Below are positions 60,031 to 64,000 of a stretch of DNA of 64,000 nt, in pieces; position 1 is the first letter of the stretch; each line of letters starts with the position of its first letter. Under the pieces are notes generated by a model. That model searched no databases. It saw only the letters and a program-made list of their open reading frames with translations, and was not told where the DNA came from. Origin of the DNA: an uncultured delta proteobacterium (lineage in GTDB: Bacteria; Desulfobacterota; Binatia; UBA9968); contig CAVWLW010000059.1 in assembly GCA_963755715.1 (NCBI GenBank), positions 64,001 through 128,000 on the forward strand, in the 5' to 3' direction. The position numbers and the translations under genes are program-made.

Positions 60031-61478
60031 TCAGACGGATGCTCGGGCGCGCAGTGTCGCCATGGACTCCGATGCCTCGCGCACAATTTTCTCCACATCC
60101 AGGGCCGTCATCTGCCCGCCGCGCTTCAGGATGCGTCCGTCGACGACCACCGTATCGACGTTGTGCGGCTGCGCCGAGCGCACGATCGCCTGGACTGGAT
60201 CTCCCAGCGGTGCCATGTTGAGGTCGGTTGTGCGAACCAAAATCAAGTCCGCGCGTTTGCCGGGCGTGAGCGAACCTACACGGTCGGCAATGCCCAAGTC
60301 GCGCGCGCCATTGATCGTTGCCAGCTCCAGAACCTGCCGCGCCGAAATGCTCATCGGGTCTTTATAAATTACAAACTGCGTGTCGATGAGCGTATGCATG
60401 TTGGCAAACATGTCGTTGTTCCCCGAAATCGCCGCGGTATCGATCGACAGGCTCACCAGAATACCGTGCTTGAGCAGGTCGACCAGCCGGGTTGAAAGGA
60501 ACGACGAACGCATTTCAGCAAAAGGACTGAAGGACACGTGGGCTTTTGATCGAACAATTCGCGCGTAGTCGGACTCGTCGAACCCCGTGGGATTGATGAG
60601 TTGGACGTCGGGACCAAGCATGCCTTCCTTCTCGAGCAAAGCGACGCGGCCTTTTCCCCCGGCGTGTATCGTAATCGGCAGCCCGAGCTTGCGCGCTCCC
60701 GCCCAGTCGAGCCCGAGCGTGGCGACCGTTACCGCGCCGCGCGGCGAATCGCTGAGACTGCGCGCGGCCATCCCTAAGGTCAAAAGTCCGTCGCTCGACG
60801 CGCGTAAACCATTCCCGTTGTACTCGCGCCAAGTCGGCGAGATCCATCGTCTGATCGGCAGGCAGCCCGCCCTGGGGAGTACCGTAGGAGAATCGAGCGC
60901 GTATGCCGGTATCGCGCAATGCGCGTAAATCGGCGTCGGCATAAGCGGGACCACGAATATTGTGCGACCAGTCATGCACGGTGGTGATCCCGGAATAAAG
61001 CATCTCCGCCACTCCCAGGCGCACCCCGCGGTAGGTATCTTCCGGCTTATACTCTTTGCCAAGCCCGAGCGTCAGAGCGAAGTAGCCCATTTTCGGCCCC
61101 TCGTCGACCAGATTGCGTAGCGGCGTATTCCACAGATGAGAGTGCGTGTCGATCAAGCCCGGCAATGCAATCATTGCACTCCCGTCGATGATTTCGCCGC
61201 CCGAGGTTCGAAGTTCTTTCCCCACCGCGACAATCTCGCCGGCGCGCACGTGGATGTCACCGCCTGCGATATCTCCCAGCGCCGGGTCCATGGTCAAAAC
61301 ATGCGCGCCACGCACAACAAATTCGCCGCGCCCAGGCAACTTTGCCGAACTTCGATCCGGTGACAGCGACGCTCGCCCGATTCGTGGCTTGCGTGCCGCA
61401 GGCCGCGACACCGATCGACCCCAACGCTGCTATGGCACCCAGGAACCCGCGCCGACTAATTGTCTTCTTGTCGTTCAT
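60031..61478 (-). CDS. Tat-exported amidohydrolase (SsnA/MTA-SAH deaminase-like), frameshifted
   Basis: SRRGFL + VAAC; PGLIDTHSH; ATINGARDLG, GSLTPGKRADLIL in successive frames. Confidence 0.82.
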
Positions 61479-61596
61479 CGCTCTCCCTCAATCGCCGAAA
61501 TCGTCATCAGCGCTTGATCGTCAATTCAACTTCCGACGATCGGCATAGTTCGGTTTTGCCCGCTCCTCAAAAGGCCTTTATGCGATTCACCCACGC

Positions 61597-63081
61597 CTAG
61601 CGCGTAAACAATTCGTTGATCCCCTTGCCCGCGCCTTCCTTACTGGCTTCCTTGCGGGCGCGCTCGATGGTGTCGGCCGTGTCGCGCGCGAGCTGCGCCA
61701 TGTCGATGGTCGTGAGCTTGCCGTCGCGCTTGAGAAAACGGCCGTCGACGATCACGGCCTCGATGTTCGACGGCTGCGCGGCCTGCACAATCATGTTCGT
61801 CGCAATCGTGAAGGGCAGCATGTTGACGTCCGTCGTGCGCACCAGGATCAAGTCGGCGCGCTTGCCCGGAGTCAATGAGCCAATGTGATCGGCGAGACCG
61901 AGGGCGCGCGCGCCGTCGATGGTCGCCATCTCCAGCACTCTCTGCGACGAGATCCCGAACTCGCTCTTTTGCAGCCCGTTCTCGATATTCGACATCGCTT
62001 TCATGATCGCGAACATGTCCGCGTTGCCGCAGAGAATCGTGGTGTCGACGGAGAGACTGACCGGCACTCCTGCGCGCAGGAACGATCCTACCGGCGTGAT
62101 GCCGAAGCCGGTGCGCAGCTCCGTGTACGGGCTCAAGCTCACCGGCGTCTTGGTCTCGGCAAGGAGCTTGAGATCTTCCGGCGAATTGTTTGTCGCGTGG
62201 ACCAGCACCACATCGGGCCCGAGCAGCCCAAATTTCGCCAGCGCCTGCACTCCCTGGCGCTGCTTGACCCGCTCCAAGCTCGTGCCCATGTGCGTGGTGA
62301 TGGGAAGATGATGCTCACGCGCGAAGGCCCACTCTTTGCGGGCAATCTCGATGGAATTGGTTTCAGGTCCGCGCGGCGCGATGCCCAGTGTCAGCAGCGC
62401 GTCCTTGGAGTCGGCGAACCATTGCTTTTGCACGCGCGCGACGTCGGCGAGCGGTAAGGTCGCGTCGGGCGGGGTCTTGCGCGAATAACCGTAAGCGAAA
62501 CGCGCGCGTCCGCCGACCTCTTTGTGCACTTGGAGTTCTGCGTCGGCATATTCCGGCCCGAGTAGATTGTGCGACCAGTTGGTGACCGTGGTGATGCCGG
62601 AGTAAAGCGCTTCGGCAAGCGCGAGACGCACGCCTCTGGCGTTATCTTCCGGCGTGAAAAACTGACCGAGCAGGCGACTGATGTAAAAGTAACCGGTGTT
62701 TTCGGTAGGCCCGGCCATATTGCGTGCCACCGCGCCCCACATGTGCCAGTGCGTTTCGATAAAGCCGGGCAGCGCGATCATGTTGTCGGCGCGAACTATC
62801 TCAGCTTTCGGTGCGGCAAGATTTTGGCCGACGGCAATAATGACGCCATCGCGCAGGTGAATGTCGCAGCCGCTAATCTCGCCAAGCTTGGCATCCATCG
62901 TGAGAACGTGCGCGTTCTTCACGATGAACTCGCCACGTTCCGGAAGTTCGCCTGGAGATCGGCTTGCAGCCAGACTTGAAGTTGTCGCCGTTCGTGTGGC
63001 ACACCCGGCTAGCGCCATCGTTCCAAGCGCCGCAGTTGCGCTCAGGAAACCACGCCGGCTTATCTTGGGTCTGTTGCTCAT
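61597..63081 (-). CDS. Tat-exported amidohydrolase (SsnA/MTA-SAH deaminase-like)
   Basis: ATG 63081 after GGAGG; SRRGFL + LAGC; PGFIETHWH, PYTE, SVD, ATIDGARALG. Confidence 0.88.
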   Translation of the reverse strand: MSNRPKISRRGFLSATAALGTMALAGCATRTATTSSLAASRSPGELPERGEFIVKNAHVLTMDAKLGEISGCDIHLRDGVIIAVGQNLAAPKAEIVRADNMIALPGFIETHWHMWGAVARNMAGPTENTGYFYISRLLGQFFTPEDNARGVRLALAEALYSGITTVTNWSHNLLGPEYADAELQVHKEVGGRARFAYGYSRKTPPDATLPLADVARVQKQWFADSKDALLTLGIAPRGPETNSIEIARKEWAFAREHHLPITTHMGTSLERVKQRQGVQALAKFGLLGPDVVLVHATNNSPEDLKLLAETKTPVSLSPYTELRTGFGITPVGSFLRAGVPVSLSVDTTILCGNADMFAIMKAMSNIENGLQKSEFGISSQRVLEMATIDGARALGLADHIGSLTPGKRADLILVRTTDVNMLPFTIATNMIVQAAQPSNIEAVIVDGRFLKRDGKLTTIDMAQLARDTADTIERARKEASKEGAGKGINELFTR

Positions 63082-63164
63082 GGACACCTCCGCGGAACTC
63101 CCGCCTCTCTTTGCTCCTATAGTCAAAGGCAGTTGCTCCAACAAGCTGACAAATGGTAAACACT

Positions 63165-63185
63165 TTGTTGAATATCTCTAAACAA
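63165..63185. promoter_or_regulatory. LysR-type binding box
   Basis: TTGTT-N11-AACAA dyad (T-N11-A) between divergent amidohydrolase and LysR genes. Confidence 0.65.
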
Positions 63186-63197
63186 TAATGTCTAGCC

Positions 63198-64000
63198 ATG
63201 GATCGCTTTAAGACTATCGATAGCTTCGTCCGGGTGGCCATCGCGGGGAGCTTTTCCTCGGCGGCAAAGCAGCTTGGCATGTCGCGCGCGCTGGTGTCAC
63301 TCCACGTCACCGACCTGGAAAAGCGCCTGGGCGTGCGCTTGCTCAATCGGACCACGCGTAGTCTGACGTTGACGGAGGTCGGCGCAAGCTATTTGGAATA
63401 CTGCCAGCGCATGCTGGCGGAGATGAACGAGCAGGAATCCTCGATCACCCAACTGCAAAAGGAGCCCCGCGGCTCATTGAAGGTAGCGGCGCCGAAATCT
63501 TTTGGCACGCTCTATCTTTCCGACGCGGTGGTGAGTTTTTCAGCCCGCTATCCCAACATTCAGCTGAGCTTGATTCTCGAAGACTATTCTTTTCGCGCCT
63601 ACGATTTCGTCGAGCAAGGGCTCGATGTGGCCGTGCGGTTGGGCGATTTACCCGACTCAACATTGGTCGCCCGAAAGATCGCGACGCTGCAATGGATAGT
63701 ATGCGCCTCGCCCAAATACTTGGCGCACCACGGCGAACCGAAGACGCCCGCCGATCTCGGCAAACATACCTGTCTGGCGCATGTAAACCTCGATCCCAAC
63801 GACCGCTCCTGGCGCCTGCACAGTTCCGACCATGTGATCTCAGTCAAAATCAGCGGCGCCTTTTCGTCCAACAGCGCGCTGGTGTTGCGCAAGGCCGCCC
63901 TCGCCGGCCTGGGCATTGGCTATCTGCCGCTCTACTGCATCGAAGAAGATCTGAAGACCGGCGCTTTGCGTCGGTCTGCTGCCAAATTACTCGCCGCCGC
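63198..64000 (+). CDS. LysR-family transcriptional regulator (CrgA/DmlR-like), runs off window
   Basis: Not in ORF track; MDRFKTIDSFVRVAIAGSFSSAAKQLGMSRALVSLHVTDLEKRLGVRLLNRTTRSLTLTEVG. Confidence 0.92.
   Translation, partial: MDRFKTIDSFVRVAIAGSFSSAAKQLGMSRALVSLHVTDLEKRLGVRLLNRTTRSLTLTEVGASYLEYCQRMLAEMNEQESSITQLQKEPRGSLKVAAPKSFGTLYLSDAVVSFSARYPNIQLSLILEDYSFRAYDFVEQGLDVAVRLGDLPDSTLVARKIATLQWIVCASPKYLAHHGEPKTPADLGKHTCLAHVNLDPNDRSWRLHSSDHVISVKISGAFSSNSALVLRKAALAGLGIGYLPLYCIEEDLKTGALRRSAAKLLAA

Noticed and set aside
3563-61478. Many frameshifted genes read as mass pseudogenisation or programmed frameshifting
   Set aside because: Single-base indels hit unrelated genes including conserved housekeeping ones (IDH-like, rlmD), often in compensating pairs and without other decay; sequencing or polishing error is more parsimonious. 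Needs read-level check.

Overview
GC-rich, gene-dense bacterial chromosomal segment with no rRNA, tRNA, CRISPR array or classical transposase/integrase seen. The many TctC/Bug and NMT1-type binding proteins, amidohydrolases and short MetE paralogs resemble Candidatus Binatia/Binatota-like Deltaproteobacteria (inference only). About a dozen genes carry single-base indels, most likely long-read or polishing errors. Layout: (1) 1-13.3 kb minus-strand acyl-CoA degradation cluster (CoA ligase, 2 crotonases, Cys-less thiolase + DUF35, complementary acyl-CoA dehydrogenase pair) interrupted by a DUF4160/DUF2442 pair, two near-identical orphan ABC binding-protein genes and two DUF559 nuclease cassettes flanked by conserved palindromes. 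(2) 13.6-27.4 kb tripartite tricarboxylate transporter locus in which tctB and tctA bracket 10 tandem tctC paralogs plus a deleted 11th; the last four have signal peptides encoded by a GTTCAA/TTGAAC palindrome that also occurs free in intergenic DNA. (3) Amidohydrolases, three tandem signal-peptide-bearing SAM methyltransferases, housekeeping genes and ABC systems. (4) An orphan Mo-hydroxylase subunit, a MetE-II/MetF/MetE-II trio and two Tat-lipoprotein amidohydrolases opposite a LysR regulator. Intergenic spaces hold several families of short-period inverted-repeat elements, several of which supply the stop codon of the adjacent gene.
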